Of a stretch of DNA of 64,000 nucleotides, positions 1 to 8,999 are shown one piece after another (position 1 is the first letter of the stretch; each line of letters starts with the position of its first letter). A model generated the notes under the pieces. That model was not told the origin of the DNA. It was given only the letters and a program-made list of their open reading frames with translations, and did no database searches. The stretch comes from an uncultured Acidobacteriota bacterium (lineage in GTDB: Bacteria > Acidobacteriota > Vicinamibacteria > Vicinamibacterales > 2-12-FULL-66-21): contig CAWEMY010000005.1 of the NCBI GenBank assembly GCA_963810305.1, positions 525,304-589,303 on the forward strand, read 5' to 3'. A program made the position numbers and the translations under genes.

Positions 1-2057
1 CTGGTGGGCTGGAACGGATGCTGCTCGACGGGCCGTCAGCGCATCCGCGCTACCAGCTGCTGCTGCGCGAGATGTCGCGGCTTCAACGGTTCGAGGATGC
101 CGCCCCGGCGGAGATCCGCGCCATGCTCGATCGGGTATCGCTCCACTTTCTGACCCAGGACGGCAAGGCGCGGCGTGGGGGCGCAATCCCGCCGTACAAC
201 GCGGGCCATTGCCGCACCCCCGACATCGCGCGGCGCCATCGCGAGGCGGTCTTTGCCCTCGCGCCGCAGGTCGAACGGGTGATCCGCCAGTTCTCACGCG
301 ACTTCAACGTCGTCCTCGCGCGTGGGATCCGCCGGATGTTTGCCGTCGCGCTCGAGCAGTATCGCCGGACACTTGCCGCGCGCGCGGTCCTGGATTTCTC
401 CGACGTCCTCGAGCGGGCGCTCCAGCTGTTGCGTCGGATGGATGAATTCTCCCAGAGCCGCTTCCGTCTCGAATCGAGATACCACCACGTCCTGGTCGAC
501 GAGTTCCAGGACACGAGCCGCGCGCAGTGGGAACTGGTGTCACTGCTCATCGAATCGTGGGGTGAAGGGCTCGGACTCGTCTCGAATCCGTCGATCTTCA
601 TCGTCGGCGATCGCAAACAGTCGATCTATCGATTCCGCGACGCGGAAGTCGCGGTGCTGCAGGATGCCGGGAGATACATCGACGGCCTCAGACCGAATGG
701 ACGTGCGCGGCAATCGATCTCGCGCAGCTTCAGAGCCGCGCCCGAGCTGCTGGATTTCGTCAACGAGATCTGCGCGGAGATGACGTTGCCGGCCCGGCGT
801 CCCGACGCCTTCGTGTACCGCGATACGGATCGCTTCCCCGATACCGGGGCTGCGCGCGATCCCCGCGGCCCGGCGCTCGGCATCGCGGCGGCGGATGATC
901 CGGACGCATGCGCGGCAGCCGTCGCGACGGAAGTCGCTCGGATCCTTCGCGACGATGACGTGCGCGATCGCAAGACGGGTGTGCCGCGGCGGGCGAGACC
1001 CGGCGACATTGCGATCCTGTTCCGGTCGCGCACCAGCCACCGCGAGTTCGAGCAGGCCCTCGCGGAACAGAACATCCCGGCCTATGTCTACAAGGGACTC
1101 GGGTTTTTCGACTCGGACGAGATCAAGGACGCATCCGCGCTTCTCAGGTACCTCGCCCAACCGGAATCGGACCTCCGCGCCGCAGCGTTTCTCCGATCGC
1201 GCTTCGTCCGGCTGTCCGACAGGGGCCTGGCGGCGCTGGCGCCGGATCTCGCCGACGCCATTACCGGCGAGGGTGACCTGTCTGCTCTTGACGCGGAGGA
1301 CCGACGGGTCCTCGAACTCGTTCGCCAGACCGTGTCCGGCTGGCTGTCGGCCGCCGACCGCATACCGCCAGCCGAACTCTTCGAGCAGGTGCTCACCGAG
1401 GGAGCGTACCCGTATGAACTGCGGGGAAGGCGTTCGCAGCAGGCGTGGGAAAACCTCAAGAAGATGCGCGGCCTCGTCCGTCGGGTCCAGAACCGGGGCT
1501 ACGCGACGCTTGCGCGCATTGCGGATCACATCGACTCGCTCAGCGCCGGCGATGAATCGAACGCGGTGCTCGAAGCCATCGATGCGGTGAACCTGATGAC
1601 GATACACGCGTCGAAAGGGCTCGAATTCCCGATCGTCTTTGTCGTGAACATGGCGCGCGGAGCGGGCGGCCTGCCGCGGCCGGTGCGGGTCATCGCCGAT
1701 GGCGAGAACGGCCAGCCGTCGGTGTCGGTCAGCCCGTTCATCTCCGAATCGGACGATGTGGAGCGGGAGCGAGAGCAGCACGAAACGCGGCGCCTGATCT
1801 ATGTCGCCTTCACCCGTGCCCGCGACCGCCTCTACCTGTCATCGCCGCTCAAGGACGGATCCCTCCAGGCTGGCCGCGGCGGCCTGGCGGATGTGCTGCC
1901 GATCTCCTTGAGGGCGCTCTTCGGCGCTGCGGCGGCGTCCGCGGAAGACACGATCCGCTGGACGGCGGCGTCGGGCCGCGAGTTCACGTGGCGGCTTTGT
2001 CGCGCGCCGATCACTAGCGAGGCTCCGCCAGACCGTCGAGAGGCTCCGCCTCGCTAG
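1..2057 (+). CDS. UvrD/PcrA/AddA-type superfamily 1 DNA helicase, C-terminal ~680 aa (5' end lies upstream of the window)
   Basis: The frame of track ORF 18..2057 stays open back to base 3. SF1 motifs are present: VDEFQDTS, FIVGDRKQSIYRFR, TIHASKGLEFPIVFV, YVAFTRARDRLYLS. Confidence 0.9.
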   Translation, partial: GGLERMLLDGPSAHPRYQLLLREMSRLQRFEDAAPAEIRAMLDRVSLHFLTQDGKARRGGAIPPYNAGHCRTPDIARRHREAVFALAPQVERVIRQFSRDFNVVLARGIRRMFAVALEQYRRTLAARAVLDFSDVLERALQLLRRMDEFSQSRFRLESRYHHVLVDEFQDTSRAQWELVSLLIESWGEGLGLVSNPSIFIVGDRKQSIYRFRDAEVAVLQDAGRYIDGLRPNGRARQSISRSFRAAPELLDFVNEICAEMTLPARRPDAFVYRDTDRFPDTGAARDPRGPALGIAAADDPDACAAAVATEVARILRDDDVRDRKTGVPRRARPGDIAILFRSRTSHREFEQALAEQNIPAYVYKGLGFFDSDEIKDASALLRYLAQPESDLRAAAFLRSRFVRLSDRGLAALAPDLADAITGEGDLSALDAEDRRVLELVRQTVSGWLSAADRIPPAELFEQVLTEGAYPYELRGRRSQQAWENLKKMRGLVRRVQNRGYATLARIADHIDSLSAGDESNAVLEAIDAVNLMTIHASKGLEFPIVFVVNMARGAGGLPRPVRVIADGENGQPSVSVSPFISESDDVEREREQHETRRLIYVAFTRARDRLYLSSPLKDGSLQAGRGGLADVLPISLRALFGAAAASAEDTIRWTAASGREFTWRLCRAPITSEAPPDRREAPPR

Positions 2058-2519
2058 GTGGCATTTTTGATAAACGCCCCGCTGACGCGGGGACGGTCTT
2101 GCCCCGCAGAAAGCTTGACTCATTTGTACAAGTTCTGAGGGGTCAAGACCTCTAGCGACGGCTCGTGACGATTCCGTTGGACGGTGTTTCACAATGTGCG
2201 GCAGCTCGTAACCGCGGTTGTCGAACATCTGCACGGGAGGTGACTGCCTCCAAAAGGCCGGATTCGGTCGAGACTCGAAGCTAAGCCTCACCAGCTGAGC
2301 AAGTTCCATCGAAAGTGATTTTCATCAGTCCCCGGCGAACCGGAGGTTGTCTCCTGTGGATAACAGGTCGCGAGCATGGCGCGCACTGCTGTGCACGAGT
2401 CGCAAATCACTTTTCCGCAAGGATTTCCAACCGTGAAGGAACCAAAAGGGGCAAATGCCGGTCTAACGATTTAACTGGCGTTCAGATTGCATGGACGGCA
2501 TGCGACGGGAGGTGCGGTA

Positions 2520-2771
2520 ATGGCAGTTCCTGCTAGTGCCCTTAGTTACGTAAGACCCACGGCGACTGTGTTCGAGCTCGAAGCGCTCGAGGGGCTGCCG
2601 TGCGGCTGCGTAGCGGCCGCGTATCGCGCCCGTCCCTGGGATGTTGCCGTCGTTTCGCTCGAAGCGAAGGGTCCTCATTGCATTCTGGCCGGTCATGCGA
2701 GTGGCCAGGTGCTGCGGCTGGGGGATCCGGCGGAATTCGACGACGACGAAGAAGAGGAGTCGGACGAGTAG
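2520..2771 (+). CDS. Small hypothetical protein with poly-acidic C-terminus (DDDEEEESDE)
   Basis: Internal ATG of track ORF 2487..2771, preceded by GGGAGGTG about 6 nt upstream. The stop codon lies in the loop of a hairpin followed by a T-run. No family recognised. Confidence 0.5.
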   Translation: MAVPASALSYVRPTATVFELEALEGLPCGCVAAAYRARPWDVAVVSLEAKGPHCILAGHASGQVLRLGDPAEFDDDEEEESDE

Positions 2772-2790
2772 CCCTCGTCCGCCCTTTTTC
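2761..2790 (+). terminator. Candidate intrinsic terminator
   Basis: CGGACGAG (2761-2768) and CTCGTCCG (2774-2781) form an 8-bp stem around loop TAGCC, followed by CCCTTTTTCC. Confidence 0.5.
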
Positions 2791-2920
2791 CTGGCGCCCC
2801 CCCGAATCCCAGTCCCTCATCCCCCCTGCTGCCGCTAAGATCTTGATTGCGTACGTGAAAGCCGTCCGCGTACAATTTGGAGTTTCGAGCGGCTTTCTGT
2901 CGGTCGACGAGGAGTGTGGA

Positions 2921-3142
2921 ATGGCATTGACCTGTCCGAGCTGCGGGAACGACCAGAATTTTCTGGTCAAAACCCTGCAGATGCACGTCGTTCAGCTGCG
3001 TGAGTCGCGCGTGGAAGCCAGCGAGGAAGGGCGCCCCGCGGTGATCGAGCTGCTGTGCGACGAATGCGAAACGGCGTTGAATTTCAGCGATTTCGACGAA
3101 GACGTCCGGAACGAAGTCCTTCTGACCCTCGGCGCCCGCTAA
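2921..3142 (+). CDS. Small zinc-ribbon protein (73 aa)
   Basis: ATG at 2921 inside track ORF 2600..3142, with GGAG a few nt upstream. Two CxxC pairs (CPSC ... CDEC). The upstream part of the track ORF is Arg/Gly-rich and looks non-coding. Confidence 0.6.
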   Translation: MALTCPSCGNDQNFLVKTLQMHVVQLRESRVEASEEGRPAVIELLCDECETALNFSDFDEDVRNEVLLTLGAR

Positions 3143-3194
3143 GCCGGGCCGCCTCCTTCAGAGCGCCTGCGGCGCGATTCCTCGCTCACGTTTC

Positions 3195-3223
3195 TTGACT
3201 TCCCCGATCCCGGCTCCTATCGT
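3195..3223 (+). promoter_or_regulatory. Candidate sigma70-type promoter (TTGACT-N17-TATCGT)
   Basis: TTGACT at 3195-3200, a 17-nt spacer, then TATCGT at 3218-3223. It lies about 115 nt upstream of the J-domain gene. Sequence match only. Confidence 0.35.
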
Positions 3224-3323
3224 ACCGTCAACAGCGGCACCTGTTCTGCAGGGACGGTCAGAGGTGACCGGGACCGGCAGTCCGGGCGGCCCGGCGGGAG
3301 TGTACGGCGGTGGAACCGCCTGA

Positions 3324-3935
<612 letters not shown>

Positions 3936-3945
3936 CTCCCGGTTC

Positions 3946-4335
3946 ATGCGCCCTCACATCCGGCTGCTCGGCGTGCTGCAAGTGACGTGGGGCGGCATCG
4001 GTTTGCTGCTGGGGGTCGCAACCCTGTTGCTGGCGATCGGCGCCCTGGCCATTGGCCTGTTCAATTCTGGCGACCGGGTTGGCGCCGGCGTCACCGCGCT
4101 CACCTTCGGTGTCTTTGCCGCCGCGCTGCTCGCCGGCGGGGCCGCCAATGCGTGGGCAGGGCGGTCGCTGCGCCGCCAGGAACCGGCCGGAAGATCCGCC
4201 GTCATGTGGCTCGCGGTCCCGAATCTGTTTCTGCTGCCGTTTGGTACGGCGCTCGGGATCTATGCCTGGTGGGTGCTGCTCCACAACGAGTCGCGCACCA
4301 TGTTTGTCGGACCGGCCCGCTCGCCGTCGGGCTGA
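3946..4335 (+). CDS. Hypothetical integral membrane protein
   Basis: 129-aa ORF with several hydrophobic helices (GGIGLLLGVATLLLAIGALAIGLF...). Begins 10 nt after the previous stop. Confidence 0.6.
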   Translation: MRPHIRLLGVLQVTWGGIGLLLGVATLLLAIGALAIGLFNSGDRVGAGVTALTFGVFAAALLAGGAANAWAGRSLRRQEPAGRSAVMWLAVPNLFLLPFGTALGIYAWWVLLHNESRTMFVGPARSPSG

Positions 4336-4340
4336 TTACG

Positions 4341-4670
4341 ATGAACAAAACCGTCGGCGGGCTGGACGAAAACGTCGGAGGCGCGCTTACCTACGCGTTC
4401 GGCTGGATCACCGGCGCCGTCTTTCTGCTGCTCGAGCCCACCAACAAGTTCGTCCGCTTTCACGCGTGGCAGTCGGTCATCGTTTTCGGCGGTCTCTCGA
4501 TTGCGTGGTTCGTGGCGCTGTCGCTGCTGTTCCCCCTCGGCTGGTTCGTGGCCTTTCCGATCATCCTTCCGCTTTCGGCTGTGCTCTGGCTGCTGCTGAT
4601 GTTCAAGGCCTACCGCGGCGAGCGCTACAAATTGCCGTTCGCCGGCGAAATGGCGGAACAGCGCGAGTAG
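4341..4670 (+). CDS. DUF4870-like small membrane protein
   Basis: ATG at 4341 inside track ORF 3987..4670. The pattern NKFVRFHAWQS ... KAYRGERYKLP resembles the DUF4870 family as I remember it. Three predicted TM helices. Confidence 0.65.
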   Translation: MNKTVGGLDENVGGALTYAFGWITGAVFLLLEPTNKFVRFHAWQSVIVFGGLSIAWFVALSLLFPLGWFVAFPIILPLSAVLWLLLMFKAYRGERYKLPFAGEMAEQRE

Positions 4671-4688
4671 TCGATACACTGTAAAGAA

Positions 4689-5780
4689 ATGGCAACTGTT
4701 TCCGAAGCGGCGGTCCTCGACGCGCTCCGCGGCGTGCAGGATCCTGACCTCAAACGCGACATCGTTTCGCTCAAGTTCATCAAGAACCTGCGGATCGAAG
4801 GGGACCGCGTTCGGTTCTCGATCGAGCTCACAACGCCTGCCTGTCCGGTGAAGGACCAGATGCGAGAACAGGCGCGGCAGCTGGTTGCGGCGCTGCCCGG
4901 CGTTTCAGCCGTCGACATCGAGATGACCTTTCAGGTGCGCGCGACGGTTTCTTCCGACGTGAATCGTCAGCCGGTTCCAGGGGTGAAGAACATCATCGCG
5001 GTGGGCGCGGGGAAGGGTGGCGTCGGCAAGACCACGGTCTCTGTCAACCTGGCCATCGCGCTCAGCCAGCGCGGAGCGCGTGTCGCGATGATCGACGGCG
5101 ACGTCTACGGGCCCAACGTGCCGATCATGCTCGGGATCAACACCCAGCTCCAGACCGACGGGCAGAAGATCGTCCCGGCGGAGCAGTACGGCCTGCAACT
5201 CGTATCGATGGCGTTTCTGACCAGTGATGATTCGCCGGTGATCTGGCGAGGCCCGATGCTGCACGGCGTGATCAATCAGTTCTTCCGCGAAGTGAAGTGG
5301 GACGCGGTGGACTACCTGATCGTTGATATGCCTCCCGGTACCGGTGACATCGCCCTCAGCCTCAGCCAATCGGTCCCCGTCTCCGGCGCGGTGGTGGTCA
5401 CGACCCCGCAGACCGTGTCAGTGGCCGATACGCGGCGGGCCGTGCGGATGTACCAGAAACTGAACGTGCCGACGCTGGGGCTGATCGAGAACATGAGCCA
5501 CTTCGTCTGCCCGTCGTGCTCGCACGAGAGCGACATCTTTGGCAAGGGAGGAGGCGAGGCGCTGGCAACCGAGCTCGCCGTTCCCTTCCTCGGCCGCGTG
5601 CCGCTCTACGAGCCGATTCGAGTCGGCGGCGATACCGGGGTCCCGATCACCGTCGGTGAGCCGGATTCGCCCGCCGCCCGCGCCCTGCGCTCGGCGGCGG
5701 AACAGCTGGCGGCGCAGCTTTCGATCGCCAATTACAACTCGAGCGCGAAGCGGGCGATTCCGTTGGTGCAGGTGAGATAG
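4689..5780 (+). CDS. apbC: Mrp/NBP35/ApbC-type Fe-S cluster carrier ATPase with N-terminal DUF59-like domain
   Basis: Deviant Walker A GKGGVGKTT and a CPSC pair (FVCPSCSHESDIFG). Typical length, 363 aa. Confidence 0.92.
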   Translation: MATVSEAAVLDALRGVQDPDLKRDIVSLKFIKNLRIEGDRVRFSIELTTPACPVKDQMREQARQLVAALPGVSAVDIEMTFQVRATVSSDVNRQPVPGVKNIIAVGAGKGGVGKTTVSVNLAIALSQRGARVAMIDGDVYGPNVPIMLGINTQLQTDGQKIVPAEQYGLQLVSMAFLTSDDSPVIWRGPMLHGVINQFFREVKWDAVDYLIVDMPPGTGDIALSLSQSVPVSGAVVVTTPQTVSVADTRRAVRMYQKLNVPTLGLIENMSHFVCPSCSHESDIFGKGGGEALATELAVPFLGRVPLYEPIRVGGDTGVPITVGEPDSPAARALRSAAEQLAAQLSIANYNSSAKRAIPLVQVR

Positions 5781-5917
5781 ACGCGGGGCGCGGGGCGCGG
5801 GTCGCAGTGCGGGATGCGCGGTGCGGGATGCGGGATGCGCCTTACACACAACCCGATTCGCGCCACGCCCGCGCCCTGCGAACCGCGCCCTGCGAACCGC
5901 GCACCGCGCCCCGCGCA
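5781..5917. repeat. Intergenic heptamer-repeat block arranged as an imperfect inverted repeat
   Basis: 5782-5837 holds about 8 units of CGCGGGG/CGGGATG type. 5870-5918 holds units CCGCGCC/CTGCGAA, whose complement is the same unit type. It fills the whole gap between convergent apbC and the MFS gene. Confidence 0.8.
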
Positions 5918-7090
5918 CTACGCGCCGCGTGACGGGCGAAGGCGACTCATCGCCATGGCGCCGAGGATCGGGCCGGGCACGAGCAGCAGGAACGCCCACC
6001 GCCATCCATAGCTGGCCGCGACGAGCGGCAGCAGTCTCATGCTCACCATTGTCAACAAGAAGCCGGCGCAGGTTTGGAGTGTCAGCGCGGTGCCGACGTG
6101 CGTGCGCGCGCTGTATTCGCTGACCAGCGCGGAGAACTGCGCGGAGTCGGCAACGACGGAAAAGCCCCAGATCACCGCAAGAACCAGTAACGCCTCGAGC
6201 GGCATGGCGTAGAGCAGCCCGGCGGCGGCCGAACAGGCGCCGCTGGTGATGAGGGCGAGGCGTGCGATTCGCGCTTTTCCCCAGCGATCCGCCCACAGCC
6301 CGGCGACAACGCAACCAGCCGCGCCGCTGGCAATCGCCACAAACGCGACGAGCGATCCGCTGCGGCTGTCCTCTGCCCCGGCTGCCGCCAGCGAGGCTGC
6401 GGCAAACGCAGCGATCCACGCCCACATCGCGTAGAGCTCCCACATGTGCCCGAGGTACCCGTAGGTGGCGAGCCGGGCGCCGCGGTTACGCACGACGGCG
6501 CCAAGCGCGTGCCGATCGAACGGCGCCGATGCCGCAACGTGCGGGCCGTCCTTGACGAAGAGATGGACGATGGCACCGCCAATGACGGCGAGCATCGAGG
6601 AACTCAGCATCAGCGTCCGCCACGACAGGTCGGCGGCACTCCACGACAGAAGGTGCGGAAACGCCGAGCCGAGGGTCAAAGCACCGACCACGACGCCAAG
6701 CGCGCTGCCTCGCCGCTCGAGAAACCAGCCGGCGGCGATTTTCATTCCCGGCGGATACACGCACGCGAGCGCCGCCCCGGTCAGCAGGCGCAGGGCAATG
6801 ATGGTCGATCCATCGGACGACCAGGCGATCGCCGCATTCGCCGCGGCGCCGGCGACACAGCCTGCGGCGAACAGCCGACGGGCGTTGAAAACATCCGCAA
6901 GGTTGAGCACGGCGCTGATCAGCGTTCCGGCAACGAACCCTCCCTGCACGGCGATGGTCAGCCACGCCGTCGCCGATTCCCCCAGAGCCAGCTCCGACGC
7001 AATGCGCGGCGCCGCTGCCGTTGCCGAAAACCACAGCGTCATTCCGAAAAACTGTCCGAGCGCAACGAGCGCCAGCATTCGCTGCGGCAT
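5918..7090 (-). CDS. MFS transporter (390 aa)
   Basis: C-terminal 390 aa of track ORF 5918..9088, starting MPQRMLALVALGQFFG. About 12 hydrophobic helices. The rest of that 1056-aa ORF is antisense to ggt. Confidence 0.85.
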   Translation of the reverse strand: MPQRMLALVALGQFFGMTLWFSATAAAPRIASELALGESATAWLTIAVQGGFVAGTLISAVLNLADVFNARRLFAAGCVAGAAANAAIAWSSDGSTIIALRLLTGAALACVYPPGMKIAAGWFLERRGSALGVVVGALTLGSAFPHLLSWSAADLSWRTLMLSSSMLAVIGGAIVHLFVKDGPHVAASAPFDRHALGAVVRNRGARLATYGYLGHMWELYAMWAWIAAFAAASLAAAGAEDSRSGSLVAFVAIASGAAGCVVAGLWADRWGKARIARLALITSGACSAAAGLLYAMPLEALLVLAVIWGFSVVADSAQFSALVSEYSARTHVGTALTLQTCAGFLLTMVSMRLLPLVAASYGWRWAFLLLVPGPILGAMAMSRLRPSRGA

Positions 7091-7132
7091 TTGGCGTTTT
7101 ACGATGGGCGAGAATGCCGGTAGGATGCAACT

Positions 7133-8980
7133 GTGAAATGGGGGACGCGGTGCGCGGGTCGCGGGGCGCGGGGCGCGGGGCGGGTTGTGGCGATCGTCGC
7201 CGCGTTGGGCATTCACGTTTCGGCGCAGCAGACCTTCAAGCCGATTCGCAGTGAAGTCCGCGCGGACCACGGCGTCGTGGCCGCCGGGCGGACGTTTGTG
7301 GCCGATGCCGGCGCACAGATGCTCGTGTCGGGGGGAAATGCGATCGACGCCGGCGTCGCGTCGATGTTCGCGTCCGCGGTGACCGAGATCTCGCATTTCG
7401 GCCTCGGGGGTGAAGCGCCGATCATCATCTACTCCGCGCGCGACCGGCGGGTCGTCGTGATCAACGGTCAAGGATCCGCGCCCAAGGGAGCGTCCCCGGC
7501 ACTGTTCGAGGGAAAGACCGCGATTCCGGGTAACGGGCCGCTGGGCGCCACCATTCCGGCAGCGGTCGACGCCGCGGCGCTCGCCCTGGAGAAGTACGGC
7601 ACCAAGTCGCTCGCGGAAGTCATGGCGCCGGCGATCGCGCTTGCCGACGGCTTCCCGATGTACGAGTTCCTGCGCGGCTACCTGCAATCCGAACGCAAGG
7701 CCTCGGAACCTTACGAGTGGTCGATCCGTACCTACTATCCCGACGGCAAGATCACCCCCGTCGGGGAGATGTTCCGACAGCCGAACCTCGCGGCCACGTT
7801 GCGGGCGCTGGTCGCCGCGGAGGCGCAGGCCAGAAGCGGCGGCGCGACGCGGGAGCAGGCGATCGTGGCTGGACGCGACGCCTTCTACAAGGGATCCATC
7901 GCCACGCGCATGACCGCGGCGGTCCGTGCGGCCGGCGGTGTGATGACCGACGACGATCTGGCGACCTACCGCGGCAAGGTCGAGGAACCCGCAACCGTGC
8001 CGTACCGGGGATTCACGGTCCACAAGGCCGGCTTCTGGAATCAGGGGCCGGCGCTGCTGCAGACGTTGCGTATCCTCGAGGGCTTCGATCTCGCGAAGAT
8101 GGGGCAGGGATCCGCCGACGCGACCCACACGATCGTCGAAGCGGTGAAGCTTGCGTACGCGGACCGGGACCGTTATTACGCGGATCCGGACTTTGCGCGG
8201 GTTCCGGGGCCGGCATTGCTGTCCGCGGAATACGCGACCGTGCGCCGCGCCTTGATCGATCCCGCGCACGCCAGTATCGAGCAGCGGCCGGGTGATCCAG
8301 AGCGCGGCGCGGCACGTATCGGTACAGATATTCCGGTAGAGGCCGGCTTTAGCCGGCCTGACAGGCCGGGCTCCAGCGTCCACCCAGAACCAGGTGACAC
8401 CACCTCGATCCAGGTTGCCGATGCGGCGGGAAATCTGTTTTCGGCCACGCCGAGTTCCGGATGGCTGCTCGGCGGCGCCTTTGTCGCGGGCGACACCGGT
8501 GTGCCGATGAGCAACCGGATGCAGGCCTTCCGGCTCGAGCCCTCCAGCCCGAACGTGCTCGCCGGCGGTAAACGTCCGCGGACGACGCTCACTCCGACCG
8601 TCGTGTTGAAGGACGGCAAGCCGTTTCTCGCAATCGGCACACCCGGCGGCGACAGCCAGGACCAGCAGATCCTGCTCGTCCTGTTGAACATCATCGACTT
8701 CGGTCTCGACGTGCAGGCCGCGATCGAGGCGCCGCGGGTCAACTCGCTGCATCCGCAGAGCTCGTTCGACGATCATCGCGCGCAGCCTGGCGTCCTCGAA
8801 GTCGAACGGACGCTTGCGCCCGACGTTCTCGAAGTACTGCGGTCCCGCGGGCACGTGCTGCGGCTCCGCACGCCGTACGGCATCTCGACGGGAGTGGTCG
8901 CCGCGGGCATCGATCCTGTCACCGGACGCCTGCGTGGCGGCGCCGATCCACGCCGCGAGCGCGCGCTGGTTGCCTACTAG
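7133..8980 (+). CDS. ggt: Gamma-glutamyltransferase family protein
   Basis: 615 aa with a signal-like N-terminus. The autoprocessing/nucleophile region is PGDTTSIQVADAAGN, and GTPGGDSQ is also present. GTG start at 7133. Confidence 0.9.
   Translation: MKWGTRCAGRGARGAGRVVAIVAALGIHVSAQQTFKPIRSEVRADHGVVAAGRTFVADAGAQMLVSGGNAIDAGVASMFASAVTEISHFGLGGEAPIIIYSARDRRVVVINGQGSAPKGASPALFEGKTAIPGNGPLGATIPAAVDAAALALEKYGTKSLAEVMAPAIALADGFPMYEFLRGYLQSERKASEPYEWSIRTYYPDGKITPVGEMFRQPNLAATLRALVAAEAQARSGGATREQAIVAGRDAFYKGSIATRMTAAVRAAGGVMTDDDLATYRGKVEEPATVPYRGFTVHKAGFWNQGPALLQTLRILEGFDLAKMGQGSADATHTIVEAVKLAYADRDRYYADPDFARVPGPALLSAEYATVRRALIDPAHASIEQRPGDPERGAARIGTDIPVEAGFSRPDRPGSSVHPEPGDTTSIQVADAAGNLFSATPSSGWLLGGAFVAGDTGVPMSNRMQAFRLEPSSPNVLAGGKRPRTTLTPTVVLKDGKPFLAIGTPGGDSQDQQILLVLLNIIDFGLDVQAAIEAPRVNSLHPQSSFDDHRAQPGVLEVERTLAPDVLEVLRSRGHVLRLRTPYGISTGVVAAGIDPVTGRLRGGADPRRERALVAY
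7146..7187 (+). repeat. Six tandem heptamers (CGCGGGG type) inside the first 18 codons of ggt
   Basis: The units are CGCGGTG CGCGGGT CGCGGGG CGCGGGG CGCGGGG CGGGTTG. This is the same unit family as 5782-5837. It encodes the GRGARGAGR n-region of the putative signal peptide. Confidence 0.8.
8336..8368 (+). repeat. Hairpin repeat element (GTAGAGGCCGGCTTTAGCCGGCCT + GACAGGCCGG) in frame within ggt
   Basis: The 9-bp arms AGGCCGGCT/AGCCGGCCT are identical to the copies at 49146-49241 and 59823-59870. Here it is translated as VEAGFSRPDRP. Confidence 0.8.
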
Positions 8981-8999
8981 GACGCCGGCGCCTGCTGCG

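Noticed and set aside
2355-2363. Perfect DnaA box as evidence for the chromosomal replication origin
   Set aside because: There is only one perfect and one near-consensus box. I saw no cluster, no adjacent AT-rich unwinding repeats and no dnaA/dnaN/gidA-type neighbours. A single box is common in promoters.
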